This document shows, one piece after another, positions 20,374 through 30,171 of a stretch of 64,000 nucleotides of DNA. The DNA lies in contig QZIM01000002.1 of assembly GCA_003599055.1 (NCBI GenBank), forward strand, positions 517 to 64,516. The letters are read 5' to 3'. This stretch comes from Candidatus Woesearchaeota archaeon (lineage in GTDB: Archaea > Nanobdellota > Nanobdellia > Woesearchaeales > ARS49). The first letter of the stretch is position 1. Each line of letters opens with the position of its first letter. The notes under the pieces were generated by a model, which did no database searches, was not told the DNA's origin, and saw only the letters and a list, made by a program, of their open reading frames with translations. The position numbers were made by a program, and so were the translations under genes.

Positions 20374-20571
20374 ATGGAAGACCTCCTCGCCCAGTACGGG
20401 TTCATTCTTATTCCTCTCATTATCTGGGAGCTTATTTGGAAGGGTATTGCTCTTTGGAAGTGCGGGAGGAACAACCAGCTTGTTTGGTTTGTGGTAATCC
20501 TGCTCATCAATTCTCTTGGCATTGTCCCGATTGTCTATCTTTTGTTCTTCCAGAAAAAGTCTCGGCGTTAG
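20374..20571 (+). CDS. small two-TM membrane protein
   Basis: 65 aa (MEDLLAQYGFILIPLIIWELIWKGIALW...LLFFQKKSRR). The box GCTTAAAAACTTATG sits about 30 nt upstream. Confidence 0.45.
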   Translation: MEDLLAQYGFILIPLIIWELIWKGIALWKCGRNNQLVWFVVILLINSLGIVPIVYLLFFQKKSRR

Positions 20572-20762
20572 CGAAGAAGGTCGGGCAGGTGCGAGTATGC
20601 AAGGAGTCCCGCAACGGTGTACAGGACTGCGCGTGTTCCGTCTTTTTCAAGCGCTTCGCCAAAATGTGTCTGTTCGCCGCGCCGCCACGCAGTATATGCA
20701 TCATACAGGCTGGAGCCGGGGACGAGCATTTTTGGCAGTTTCACCAGTTTTTCCAAACTCAT
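20568..20762 (-). CDS. hypothetical small protein (weak)
   Basis: 64-aa ORF from ATG 20762 (MSLEKLVKLPK...). No recognisable family. Confidence 0.3.
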   Translation of the reverse strand: MSLEKLVKLPKMLVPGSSLYDAYTAWRRGEQTHFGEALEKDGTRAVLYTVAGLLAYSHLPDLLR

Positions 20763-20835
20763 AGGCGCAAACAATCATTTTGTAATTTAAATACGCGCTG
20801 ACACATTTTTAAGCACAAGTCCAATTCTGTCGAAT

Positions 20836-21927
20836 ATGCCCAAATTAACAGAAGGCAAAGTCACGTTCACGATTCCTGATACGCTGCAAACCAGGCGTTC
20901 GGACGCGTTCTATAACCCGAATTCTGCCTTGCAGCGCGACATCTGTATCGCTGTCCTTAAGGCGCTCAACAGGACAAATCTCAAAATCGCCGATGTTTTC
21001 GCAGGTTCAGGCATCCGTTCGGCAAGACTGCTCAAGGAATTGCCAAAGGAAGCAATCAGGTCGCTTCTCGTTTCAGACGCAAGCCCTTCCGCAATCGCCG
21101 TTGCAAAAAAGAACGTAAGGGACAGGCGCGCACAAATTATTCGCAAGGACGCAAGAACCATTCTCCTCACAGAAGGCTTTGACTATATTGACCTTGACCC
21201 GTTCGGTTCGCCCGCGTTGTTTCTCGACGCGGCGGCAGAGTCGCTCGCAAGAAAGGGCATTCTCGGGGTCACGGCAACGGACCTTGCTGCCCTCTCTGGC
21301 GCAGAAGTGCACGCCTGTCTTCGGAATTATTGGGCGCGGCCGCTTAAGGGTGAGTTTCACAAGGAGCTCAGCAGCAGAATGGTAATCCGAAGAATCCAGC
21401 TCGCCTGCGCATCGCACGACAAGTGTGTCGTTCCAATCTACGTGCACGCAGTCCCGCACTATGTAAGAGTATATCTTCAGCACCAAGGCGCAGACTGCGC
21501 AAAAGTGTTCCAAAAGGAGGGTTTCATACACTATTGTTTCCGTTGTTGTGAACGGCGGGTATCAAGAGAAAATGCGCCAAAATCGTGCTGCGGGGCAAAG
21601 ATGAGCGTTGCTGGCCCGCTTTGGATTGGGCCGCTCTGGGATGCTGAATTCGCTCAAAACGTGGCAATTGAGGCAAGGGGTGTCAGTGCGCAGGCGCAAA
21701 AGACAGCCGCCATAATCGCAGAAGAGGCAAAAATCCCGCAGGTCACGTTCTACAACGTTGCAAAATTGTGCGAGAAAAGAAAAATCGACGTGCCTCGTAT
21801 TGAGGAAGTTCTGAAAAGCGTTGCCGGTGCAAGGACGCATTTTTCATCGACGGGTATTCGTTCTGCAGTGGCGTTAAAAGAAGTTCTTGCGGCAATCAGT
21901 CGCGCATCCAGTAAATTGCGCCGATGA
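20836..21927 (+). CDS. trm1: tRNA (guanine26-N2)-dimethyltransferase
   Basis: 363 aa. Motifs FYNPNSALQRD, DVFAGSGIRS, DLDPFGSP and a Cys cluster, typical of Trm1. Confidence 0.9.
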   Translation: MPKLTEGKVTFTIPDTLQTRRSDAFYNPNSALQRDICIAVLKALNRTNLKIADVFAGSGIRSARLLKELPKEAIRSLLVSDASPSAIAVAKKNVRDRRAQIIRKDARTILLTEGFDYIDLDPFGSPALFLDAAAESLARKGILGVTATDLAALSGAEVHACLRNYWARPLKGEFHKELSSRMVIRRIQLACASHDKCVVPIYVHAVPHYVRVYLQHQGADCAKVFQKEGFIHYCFRCCERRVSRENAPKSCCGAKMSVAGPLWIGPLWDAEFAQNVAIEARGVSAQAQKTAAIIAEEAKIPQVTFYNVAKLCEKRKIDVPRIEEVLKSVAGARTHFSSTGIRSAVALKEVLAAISRASSKLRR

Positions 21928-24900
21928 TGATTGCAATGATGAGCAGAATGCCGATAAAGAGCGGCAGGTTGCTTGTTTCCCGGGCGGCCAGGGAGGGCGG
22001 TTCTTGCGCGTTTGGCTGTTCGCCTTGCGCGGGCGGTGTTGTCGGATTTGTATCAGGAGCGCTCTGTGCAGTTTCCTTGTTTTCTTGTGCGGTGGGTGAA
22101 GTTGTTGGGGCGGTGCTTGGGGCGGGTGCTGCTGCAAGTTTGCGCATCCGCAGGGTTGCCAAGCCGTACTGCGTGTCAATAATGCTGATGGCAAGGTCGA
22201 GGCGGCCGTCAAGGTTTGCGTCAACTTCCCACGTGCCGTTCTTAAGGAGCGTGTATTCTTGCGGGGTGCTTTCGATGCGCAGTGAGACGCGGTCTGTGAG
22301 TGCGGTGAGCAAAGTAAGTGCGTGTTGTTGTCCGTTGACGTCGAAGAGGACGCGCTGTCCGGGGCGCAGTTGGGGCGTGACATAGTCATCGCCAATCATC
22401 GTGTGTGCGCGAAGAACTGAACTTCCGCCTCCTCCTCCGCCTCCGCTGCTTGCAGCGGCGGCTGCAGCGCCTGAGCCGCTCACGCCGGAGTGGTTGAGGT
22501 TGTCGATTCTGAACCGTGCTCCTTCATCTGTGCACGTGATTTGTCCTATGGTTTGTGTTCCGGAGATGCAGCCGGTGAAGTTGTACTCGTTTGACCCGTT
22601 GCAGCCGGTGCTTATTGCGCTCACGCTTGCGATTTCTTCGTCTTTGACGCAAAGGGCGGTAAAGCCGGTGTCGGCAAGGTAGAGCGTCTTATTTGACACC
22701 ATACCGCTTACGTTTACAACCGTGCTGTTTGCAGTGATTTCAATGGAAATGTTGCGAAGGTCCAGGGTTCCTGCGCTGAAGTTGAACGTGAAGTTCATAA
22801 CGAGGTTTCCGTTGTTGAGGATGCGTACCGTTTGTATGTCGGTAAATGTTCCGTTTGGCGCGCTTCCGTTGACGGTGACGCTAAGCGTGCCTGTTCCCGT
22901 GGTGTTGATGCTGCTTGCGTTTCCGATAAGCGTGTCATTCGTGTCGTTCACGCCGTCTTGGTCAACGTCTTCAACGGTAAGGTAGCTGGTGAAGTGGGTG
23001 ACGTCAAAGACTGCCTCGCTTCCGTTGTAGCTGATGAGCGTGCAGTCGGTGCAGGGCGTGTTCGTCCCGTTATCGCCGGTGTCAATAACGACGCTGACGT
23101 TTGCCGCGGTGAGCCCGCGCAGGGTGATGCGTGCTGAGGCGTTGAGCGGGGGGTTGTTGGTGCTGTTTGCGAATGCGCGGTTTGCGTAAATGTCAAGGTA
23201 GCCGCGAAGGACGCTTTCGCCCGAAGGGTCAAAGGTGCCGGTGTATTGGATGCTGCCGTTGGTGTTGTTGAACGTGGTGTTGGTGAACGTGTTGTTGTTT
23301 CCGCTCGGGAGAATCCAGTCGGTCGTGTTGATGAACGTGTCCGTGAACGTGTTAAAGTCCATTCCGCTCCCGCCGATGCCAAAGCTCGTTACGGAGGAGG
23401 TGTAAAGTGAGTTGTTGGTGAACGTGCTGTTCTGTACGTCATTGAGTTCAATTGCGTGGTTGTTGTTGCTTGCGGCGGTCAAGTCGATGATGCGGCAGTT
23501 TTTGACGCTGATGTTGTTGCGGTTTGCTGCGGTGATTCCGACGTAGCCCTCTGCGTCCCCGTCGTAAAAGATGCTGAATCCGCGGCAGTCAAGCTCAACG
23601 TTGTCTGCGGTGATGGTGATGCAGTCAGTGTTGCTGCTGATGTTGCCGGTCAATACTCCGCTTGCGGCAATGTTTCCGCACGCGACGTTGGCAAACGTGC
23701 TGTACGTGGTAAAGCTTGCGACGTTAAACACATAGGTTCCGCCGGCAAAGCTCACTTCTGTGCACTGGGGTGCGGTGCAGGGAGCAAAGGTTCCGTCATC
23801 TTCAAAGTCAGCTTGTGGGTCCGGGTTCGGGAAGACGTTGTTAAAGAAGGTGATTTGCGCCGTCGTGTTAAGGATTGGTACTGCGGTCGAGTTGGCAAAC
23901 GCAGTGTTATTCGTGATGTTGAGGTGTGTTTGGGTGATGTTTTCGGTTGTTAAGGCAAGAGTGCCGTTGTAGCGGATGCTGCCGTTAACGGTAAGGAAGG
24001 TGACGTTGGTGAGGTTATTGGCTTGGTCATTTGCGACCCATATCGTTGAATGGGCGAGGACTGAATGTTGCAGGATGTTGCCGCTGCCGGTAGTGAAGCG
24101 GACGGCAGCGTTTTGCGGGGACACGAGGGTGACGTTGCTAAAGGTGTTGTTGCTTGCGCCTTGGGTGACTTGCAGTGCGTCGTGGCTTGGGCCGGTTGTG
24201 TTTGCGGTGGTGTTCATCACGCGGCTGTTATTCGTTTTTTGCAAGAGGATTGCGTTTCCTCCTGTTGCAACTGCGGGATGGATGTTGCAGTTCTTGACGG
24301 TGATGTTGTTGCGGTCAATTGCGGCAATGCCGTTCGTTCCGCTCTCTGCGTTTCCGTAGTAGATGGTAAACCCGCGGCAGTCGACTTCGACGTTGTCTGC
24401 GGTGATGGTAAGGCAGTTGTTCCCGATAATGTCCTGGGTAAGCACGCCGCTCTGTGCGACATTGCCGCAGGCACTGATTCCGCTTTCGGAAACATCGTAG
24501 GTTGTGAAGCCGGACACGTTGAACACAAAGGTCGGCGCGGCATAGCTGTCCTGCACGCATTGCGGCGCATTGCAGGCGATAAGCGTTCCGTTGTCTGCGA
24601 AGTCAACGCGCAGTTGGGGGTTAAGGAAGGTGATGTTGCTGAGCGTGAGTTGCGCGCTGCGGTTAAAGTCTGCGGCAAGGGAGTGGTCAAAGAAAACGCG
24701 GGTGGTGTTGAGGTGGAATCGGTCGCCGCTGATGTTATTTGTTCCGGTAAGGGAGGTGGTTCCGTTGAACTGAACACTTCCGTTTGCGTTCTGAAGGGTG
24801 AAGTTAACTGCGCTGGTCGTCCCGGTGTCGTCAAGGTATGCCCACTGTGCAGAGGTATTGGCTGCAAGGGAGGTGTAGGTGTTGTCCGTTCCTCCGGTGC

Positions 24901-25384
24901 TGCGGATGGCGTAGCCGGTAGCTGACTGCGAGCGTACGATTGTATCGGAGATGGTGATGTTTCGTGTCGTGGTGAGCTGGATGCCGTCCGCGCCTGCGGT
25001 GATAAGGGTTGCGTTGACGGCAGCGGTAACGTTTTCGATAACGCTGTTGTTGACTTGGGTGAGGCGGATTGCGTCATCGGGTGCGTTGTTGGATGCGGAG
25101 GCAATGTTGCAGTTGCGGATGGTGAGGTTGTCGCGGTTGCTCGCGCTGATGCCGATTCCTGACTCTGCTGTTGTATAAAGAATGCTGAATCCTTGGCAGT
25201 CAATGGTGACGTTATCCGTGTTTATGATAAAGCAGCTATCTCCTGAGACTACGTTTGCGGTAAGGGTGTACGTGTCAGGAACCGTGATGCTTGAATTGCA
25301 CGCACTGATGTCCGTTGCAAATGCTATCTGGGAAACAAGAACAACGATGATTGCTGAGAGGAGAATCCTCTGCCCTCTGTTCAT
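21896..25384 (-). CDS. giant surface protein: 3 parallel beta-helix cassettes + C-terminal anchor module
   Basis: 1162 aa with a signal anchor. Three cassettes each start ..C..IT.DNV..DC.GF.I..., contain NIT(I/V).NC.I and end F.V..FT(T/S)Y. Then a Gly run, a roughly 85-aa domain homologous to that of 7391-14425, a P/A/T-rich linker and a TM helix. Confidence 0.85.
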   Translation of the reverse strand: MNRGQRILLSAIIVVLVSQIAFATDISACNSSITVPDTYTLTANVVSGDSCFIINTDNVTIDCQGFSILYTTAESGIGISASNRDNLTIRNCNIASASNNAPDDAIRLTQVNNSVIENVTAAVNATLITAGADGIQLTTTRNITISDTIVRSQSATGYAIRSTGGTDNTYTSLAANTSAQWAYLDDTGTTSAVNFTLQNANGSVQFNGTTSLTGTNNISGDRFHLNTTRVFFDHSLAADFNRSAQLTLSNITFLNPQLRVDFADNGTLIACNAPQCVQDSYAAPTFVFNVSGFTTYDVSESGISACGNVAQSGVLTQDIIGNNCLTITADNVEVDCRGFTIYYGNAESGTNGIAAIDRNNITVKNCNIHPAVATGGNAILLQKTNNSRVMNTTANTTGPSHDALQVTQGASNNTFSNVTLVSPQNAAVRFTTGSGNILQHSVLAHSTIWVANDQANNLTNVTFLTVNGSIRYNGTLALTTENITQTHLNITNNTAFANSTAVPILNTTAQITFFNNVFPNPDPQADFEDDGTFAPCTAPQCTEVSFAGGTYVFNVASFTTYSTFANVACGNIAASGVLTGNISSNTDCITITADNVELDCRGFSIFYDGDAEGYVGITAANRNNISVKNCRIIDLTAASNNNHAIELNDVQNSTFTNNSLYTSSVTSFGIGGSGMDFNTFTDTFINTTDWILPSGNNNTFTNTTFNNTNGSIQYTGTFDPSGESVLRGYLDIYANRAFANSTNNPPLNASARITLRGLTAANVSVVIDTGDNGTNTPCTDCTLISYNGSEAVFDVTHFTSYLTVEDVDQDGVNDTNDTLIGNASSINTTGTGTLSVTVNGSAPNGTFTDIQTVRILNNGNLVMNFTFNFSAGTLDLRNISIEITANSTVVNVSGMVSNKTLYLADTGFTALCVKDEEIASVSAISTGCNGSNEYNFTGCISGTQTIGQITCTDEGARFRIDNLNHSGVSGSGAAAAAASSGGGGGGGSSVLRAHTMIGDDYVTPQLRPGQRVLFDVNGQQHALTLLTALTDRVSLRIESTPQEYTLLKNGTWEVDANLDGRLDLAISIIDTQYGLATLRMRKLAAAPAPSTAPTTSPTAQENKETAQSAPDTNPTTPPAQGEQPNAQEPPSLAARETSNLPLFIGILLIIAIIIGAIYWMRD

Positions 25385-25485
25385 TATTCTGCGGGTGAAT
25401 TAACGTATGTTATTTAACTTTTGTGTGAGCACTGTGTGGTGATTTTCGGGAAACTTTTATTAACCAAGCGGGCGTTTTGTGAAAT

Positions 25486-26616
25486 ATGTGGTGGGTTCTG
25501 TTCATCCTTTTGGCGGCGTGCGCCTCTCCGACCGCGCAGGTGGTCCTGCCGATTGCCGAAGGTCATACGGTCAATCTGAGCGATTTTGAAGTTCCGCTGA
25601 ATGAAACAGGGCGGGCGCGCGCAGAGTTCAGGTCGCTCCTGCTAAGTCTTGACGACGGGGCAGAGGGTTTTCCCCGCCGCGATTTGTACGCGCAAAAGAT
25701 GGGTGAGCTCGGCGTGAATGGCATTATTGCAGTCCTCACGGATATCAATCCGACCTGTCACGATGAGGCGCACGACCTTGGCAAGGTCATTTTCGCAAGG
25801 ACCGGGGAAATCGGTTCTGCGCTTGCCATTTGCGCGGACAGTTGTTATAGTGGCTGTATGCACGGGGTGATGTTTGAGGCGTTCTCAAGCGTGGCAAACG
25901 AGTCAGGGCATATCAAGATAGAAAAAATCCTGCCCGCGCTGCCGACATTTTGTTTCAGCGACAGGATTGGGTATAAGCCGGGTGATTGCGCGCACGGCGT
26001 AGGTCACGCCCTGATGTTTTTGAGTGGCTATGATGTGAATGAGTCGGTCGCATCCTGCGCGGCGTTTAATGATAAGCCGATGGAATATTATTGCGCAACG
26101 GGCGCGTATATGGAGTATGTGAACCGGCTTGATGCAATTGATGCGCAATTTGAAAAAAACATTTTTTTCCCCTGTGATGTTTCGCCCTATCCTGCGGCGT
26201 GTTTTCGCTACAAGATGGTGCCGGTTCTGAGGAGGGAAACGGGGGCAAAAGGGCTTTCAGGCCTGCACGAAGTGGTAAAGAACTGCGAGGCGCTTGAGGG
26301 CTTTGCACGCCTTGGCTGTTTTCACGGCTTTGGCAATGCGCATTTGACGCACGTGGCGTTCGGTGTCTTTTCGGCAAGTGACGTGTGCAGTTTCGGGAGT
26401 GAAGAAGACAGGTACGTGTGCGTTGAGGGGCTCATCGAGCGGCTCGCAAAATATGAGCCGGAGGCGGCAGGTACTGCTTGTGCATCGCTAAACGGCACCC
26501 TGCGTGCTGTTTGTGAAGAAGGCCGCGCGGGCAATATGTACCGTCTTGACAAGGATTTTACGTATTATATTCCTGAGTGGAGCCCGGTAAATCGGTCATC
26601 CGAAACGCTTAAATGA
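25486..26616 (+). CDS. Cys/His-rich lipoprotein, unknown function
   Basis: Lipobox LLAAC at the N-terminus. Recurrent C..(H)G.GH-type motifs (CHDEAHDLG, CYSGCMHGV, GDCAHGVGHAL, GCFHGFGNAH). Confidence 0.6.
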   Translation: MWWVLFILLAACASPTAQVVLPIAEGHTVNLSDFEVPLNETGRARAEFRSLLLSLDDGAEGFPRRDLYAQKMGELGVNGIIAVLTDINPTCHDEAHDLGKVIFARTGEIGSALAICADSCYSGCMHGVMFEAFSSVANESGHIKIEKILPALPTFCFSDRIGYKPGDCAHGVGHALMFLSGYDVNESVASCAAFNDKPMEYYCATGAYMEYVNRLDAIDAQFEKNIFFPCDVSPYPAACFRYKMVPVLRRETGAKGLSGLHEVVKNCEALEGFARLGCFHGFGNAHLTHVAFGVFSASDVCSFGSEEDRYVCVEGLIERLAKYEPEAAGTACASLNGTLRAVCEEGRAGNMYRLDKDFTYYIPEWSPVNRSSETLK

Positions 26617-26641
26617 GGAAGCAGTCATCTTCTCCTCGGTG

Positions 26642-27040
26642 ATGTCTATGAAAACAAACAAGTTGGCAACAGCCGCGAGAATCCTGCTCGGCGCGATTTT
26701 GGTGTTTGCAGGCGGTATGTATTTTGCAATGATGGCAGGTCTTCTTCCGCCGCCGCCCGCAATGGAAGGTGCGGCAGGCGCGTTTATGGAGGGGCTGATG
26801 GCGTCAGGCTATCTGATGACGGTTGTCAAGGTGCTTGAGGTTGTTTTTGGCCTTTTGCTTCTCTTCAACCAGTGGACAAAGCTCGTCTTGGTCCTGCTCG
26901 CGCCATTAAGCGTGAACTTTGTGCTTTTCCACGTGTTCCTCGCGCCCGCAGGCGGCATATTGGCATATGTCGCGTTCCTTTTGAACGCATATTTGCTCTG
27001 GGTCAACCGCGATGCATACGAAGAACTGCTTGAGCGGTAA
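26642..27040 (+). CDS. DoxX-like membrane protein
   Basis: 132 aa with four TM helices. RILLGAILVFAGG...VLEVVFGLLLL pattern. Confidence 0.5.
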   Translation: MSMKTNKLATAARILLGAILVFAGGMYFAMMAGLLPPPPAMEGAAGAFMEGLMASGYLMTVVKVLEVVFGLLLLFNQWTKLVLVLLAPLSVNFVLFHVFLAPAGGILAYVAFLLNAYLLWVNRDAYEELLER

Positions 27041-27049
27041 ACGCGCAAA

Positions 27050-27064
27050 TTTTTTTTTTCTTTT
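27050..27064 (+). terminator. T-rich tract (T10 C T4)
   Basis: Follows the TAA at 27038-27040 within 10 nt. Confidence 0.5.
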
Positions 27065-27261
27065 AGTATATTCTCTCTCGCGTATCAAATAATTGTACTT
27101 GCAGTATTCTTTGTTCGAAATCAATATCGATGAGCGCTCGATATTTTCCAATTCTCAGCTTGTACTATTCGCCCTCAAAATGCGCTAAGTACGCAAAGGG
27201 GTTTTGGGCGGCGCGGTCAATTGAGGCAATAACGTGTTTCCTTATTTTCAGGAGGATAGAC

Positions 27262-27459
27262 TCAAGATGTTTTGCGAATTGCATCCATATCATCATTGAT
27301 GATGAGTAGCGTAATGGGCTTTCCCGCCCGTAGGTGCTTCCCTTTGAGGAGTGCTTTTGGTATGGTGACTCCTGTGCTGTTGCCCCATTTTTTGAGTGTT
27401 GTCTTGAAGATATCCATAGGATGGCTGTCTAATTTTATTATATTTAACGTTTTCTCCAT
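27262..27459 (-). CDS. AbrB/MazE/SpoVT-type antitoxin-like DNA-binding protein
   Basis: LKKWGNSTGVTIPKALL is the hallmark swapped-hairpin motif. The start is ATG 27459 or 27417. The longer ORF is an unsupported extension. Confidence 0.6.
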   Translation of the reverse strand: MEKTLNIIKLDSHPMDIFKTTLKKWGNSTGVTIPKALLKGKHLRAGKPITLLIINDDMDAIRKTS

Positions 27460-27520
27460 CTGTTGAGTGCATACACAACCGTTTAAGAACGCATCGGGGA
27501 AAAAGCGGTAAACTTTCCGA

Positions 27521-28132
27521 CTAATTTCCTTTCCCTTCTTCCGTCCGGTCCTTCCCGACGTAGAGGCGGGTTCCTGCGCTTTCCTCGACTTTTTCGGCAA
27601 AGACGCGCATCTCGAGCGGGACATCTTCGCGGTTAACCACAATGACGGGCGTCCCAAGCGCGTGTTCAAGAAGGAGGGTTGCGCGCTCGCGGTATGCCTG
27701 TGTGATTGCGGGGCTCATTCCCGCGCGGTCGCGCATCACGGCCGCTCCCGCGCAGGCTTCGGATTGCCGGAGTGCAATGTCGGTGACTGATCCGATGATA
27801 TCGTCCGCGCGTTGGTAGTGTGCGACTGCCTTTTCAAAAAGGTGTGCGCGGGTGCGCGGGGAAGATTCTGTTTCTTCGTGCGTTGCCGCGTGCTCGTAAT
27901 AATAGCCGCAAAGATAGGACAGTTGCCGCGCAAGCGCGGCGCTTGCGGTCTCTTCCTTTTCGGCAAGCCGTTTTTCCCAGTAGCGCGCGCGGGAAATGGA
28001 GCGCTCACCAAAGAGCCGTTTGCATTCGCCATCCATTCGTTTGATGAGCTGTTTTTCTTTGGTCGTGAGCGTGATTTTCCGTTCAACAGAATCGTCAGGG
28101 CAGAAGGGAAGGTATGTTTTGGGCGGCTTCAT
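27521..28132 (-). CDS. hypothetical protein
   Basis: 203 aa, predicted helical. 4-nt overlap with msrB (operon). Confidence 0.5.
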   Translation of the reverse strand: MKPPKTYLPFCPDDSVERKITLTTKEKQLIKRMDGECKRLFGERSISRARYWEKRLAEKEETASAALARQLSYLCGYYYEHAATHEETESSPRTRAHLFEKAVAHYQRADDIIGSVTDIALRQSEACAGAAVMRDRAGMSPAITQAYRERATLLLEHALGTPVIVVNREDVPLEMRVFAEKVEESAGTRLYVGKDRTEEGKGN

Positions 28133-28518
28133 TGTTTCTCCGTAAATCCGAGTGCAAGGGAGTTGATGCAGTAGCGTTTTCCGGTCGGTGTCGGGCCGTC
28201 GTCAAAGACGTGTCCCAAATGCCCGCCGCACTTCGCGCAAACAACCTCGATTCTTTTCATCCCGTGAGAATTATCAGTTCGTAAAACAACTGCTCCTTTC
28301 TTCGCAACATCCGAAAACGACGGCCATCCTGTCCCGGAGTCAAACTTGGTATCGGACATAAACAAGACATTCCCGCACGCAGCGCACGTGTACTCGCCTT
28401 TTTTCTTGTTGTGCAGGTATTTGCCCGTGAAGGGCGCTTCGGTTCCTTTCTCAAGCAAAATGTGTTTTTGTTCTTCGCTCAGTTCTGAGTCGCACACGTT
28501 TTTTGGTTTTACGGCCAT
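28129..28518 (-). CDS. msrB: peptide-methionine (R)-S-oxide reductase
   Basis: 129 aa. [23 protein letters not shown] motifs with two CxxC zinc sites. Confidence 0.92.
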   Translation of the reverse strand: MAVKPKNVCDSELSEEQKHILLEKGTEAPFTGKYLHNKKKGEYTCAACGNVLFMSDTKFDSGTGWPSFSDVAKKGAVVLRTDNSHGMKRIEVVCAKCGGHLGHVFDDGPTPTGKRYCINSLALGFTEKQ

Positions 28519-28898
28519 ACGCTCACCTTTTGGACTGTTTTGAGTTTGCGGATTTTGGCAAGGGTCTCTTCGGTCGGTTTGTGGTCAAGTTCCGCGAGAT
28601 ATTTGGTCTCGTCTCTTCCGTCCGTTCCGCCCATGCCGGATATGCCAAGGAGTTCTATGGTTTTGTCGATGGCGTCGCTGCGGTCTTTGTCAGGTCCTTT
28701 GCAGTGGATGCGAAAGACAAACAGTTTGCCTGATTTGATAGCGGCGTGTCTTTTGGCGTTGTGCTCAATTGATTCTTCCGTGAGCCATTTTCGTGACCTG
28801 TCGTTCTCGCCAATCCAGCCGCACAGCTCGCACTGCAGTTGTTTTCCGATGTGCGTAAAATACGTTCCGCTGCAGTCAGGACAGATAAATCCGCTCAT
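28509..28898 (-). CDS. zinc-ribbon protein, unknown function
   Basis: N-terminal CPDC-x13-CELC. Overlaps msrB by 10 nt. Confidence 0.5.
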   Translation of the reverse strand: MSGFICPDCSGTYFTHIGKQLQCELCGWIGENDRSRKWLTEESIEHNAKRHAAIKSGKLFVFRIHCKGPDKDRSDAIDKTIELLGISGMGGTDGRDETKYLAELDHKPTEETLAKIRKLKTVQKVSVWP

Positions 28899-28924
28899 AC
28901 TGGTGTTTTTCTTGTTCTTGCTAT

Positions 28925-29233
28925 TTATTCGTTTGGTTCGTAGAACGGGCGTGCATTGCGCTCGTGGTACTTTTCAGGGACGTCGCAAAGGAAGCCAAGG
29001 TGCAGTCCCTCGCTGCTTTCCAAATAGAGCAGGATGCGGTTGTGGTGTGCATACGCGCCGACAACGGGGTAGTAGTCGCAGAGTTCTTCAATTGCGCCTC
29101 TGCGGTTTCGCGCATCATAATGGAAGAGTGCCTCAATGGTGAGCCGCGTGATGAATTGGAGGTCATCTCCGGTAAGGATGCGCAAATCAAGCATAGTGTC
29201 AAGGGGGGTGTCAGGGTGGTGTTCGTGTGTCAT
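28925..29233 (-). CDS. hypothetical protein downstream of the MSDERLRELER genes
   Basis: ATG 29233 abuts the stop of the upstream gene (29230-29232). No family recognised. Confidence 0.45.
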   Translation of the reverse strand: MTHEHHPDTPLDTMLDLRILTGDDLQFITRLTIEALFHYDARNRRGAIEELCDYYPVVGAYAHHNRILLYLESSEGLHLGFLCDVPEKYHERNARPFYEPNE

Positions 29234-30171
29234 GGGTTTTCCCACTGCCACGCGCCGGTTTTGCGCGGGGCGTAGTGTTCGGGGAGTTGGCGGAGCTTAT
29301 TAAGGGTTGTGACCGGGGCTTCAACAATGAGGGTGTCGCCGCGGTCAGTGTGGGCGCTGATGAGGTCTGAAGGTCCGCCGGCACGGTTGTTCGGGATGGC
29401 AAGCCTGCTGGTTTTTGGAATGCAAAGAGGGGTGCTGCGAAGGTTCAGGACTGTTTGCTCAAGGGATGTCGGGTCGTTGTACTCGCGCCAATTTCCCGGG
29501 ATTTCGTAGTATACTTTTTGGTCTTCGATGACAACGTTGCCGGCAAGCAAGGGGGACGGGTGGTCGGATGTTCCGGTGACGTTAAGAATAATTTGTCCTT
29601 CAACGTGAAAAACGCTGACTCCGCGAAAGCGGTCAAGGAAGCGCAAGGGTGCGTCTCCGCCAACCCAGACGGCGTGACTGCAGGAGACTTTGCGCGTTCC
29701 GCAGGATGGGTATGCTTCTGCGGCTGCGTAGTGGTCAGTGCAGGTGACGGGAACGCAGTGTGCGCGCGGGCGAACGCGGGACTGTTCGCCGATGGTGATT
29801 TCTTTTTCGTCATCAATGACGAAGAAGCTTTTGCCGCAGGAGAGGACGTGCGCGCGTCCGCGGGTTGCAAATGAGCGCGAAAAGGTTCGCGTGCCTCCTT
29901 CATAGGTGGTGAGGATTGTTGTGTCGGGCTCGCGTTCAATTGTGATAAATCCCGTCCAGGCATAAGGGTCTCGCCGCTCAATTTCTGCACGGGCTTCAGG
30001 GTTTTCCGGGTCGCGCAAAAGAAGGGCCCGCAGGTTCCGGATGGCTTCTTCCCGAACGGCGGCAGCATCAGCAGTCTTTCCCGTGCGCTCGTATTCGCGT
30101 TCGAGACGTTGCCGCGCGGAAGAATCATTTGCTGCGCACCGTTCCAGTTCGCGAAGCCGCTCATCGCTCAT
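29230..30171 (-). CDS. MSDERLRELER-leader family protein, paralogue 1
   Basis: 313 aa. N-terminus MSDERLRELERC. The body is homologous to paralogue 2 (DPYAWTGF/DPLAYTGW, VIEDQKVYY/LIEDDAVWY, IPKTSRL/IPTKSRL, LNKLRQL/LEALRQM). Confidence 0.6.
   Translation of the reverse strand: MSDERLRELERCAANDSSARQRLEREYERTGKTADAAAVREEAIRNLRALLLRDPENPEARAEIERRDPYAWTGFITIEREPDTTILTTYEGGTRTFSRSFATRGRAHVLSCGKSFFVIDDEKEITIGEQSRVRPRAHCVPVTCTDHYAAAEAYPSCGTRKVSCSHAVWVGGDAPLRFLDRFRGVSVFHVEGQIILNVTGTSDHPSPLLAGNVVIEDQKVYYEIPGNWREYNDPTSLEQTVLNLRSTPLCIPKTSRLAIPNNRAGGPSDLISAHTDRGDTLIVEAPVTTLNKLRQLPEHYAPRKTGAWQWENP

Noticed and set aside
24217-25203. 328-aa alternative-frame ORF, plus many similar ORFs inside the three giant genes (for example 3090-3734, 8180-8818, 10229-10819, 24065-24925)
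   Set aside because: They overlap long ORFs with clear domain motifs. Their T/S/P/R-rich composition comes from frame-shifted reading of sequon-rich repeats.
26906-27151. 81-aa minus-strand ORF downstream of the AbrB-like gene
   Set aside because: It overlaps the 3' end of the DoxX-like gene by about 135 nt and crosses a T-run terminator. No toxin motifs were recognised.
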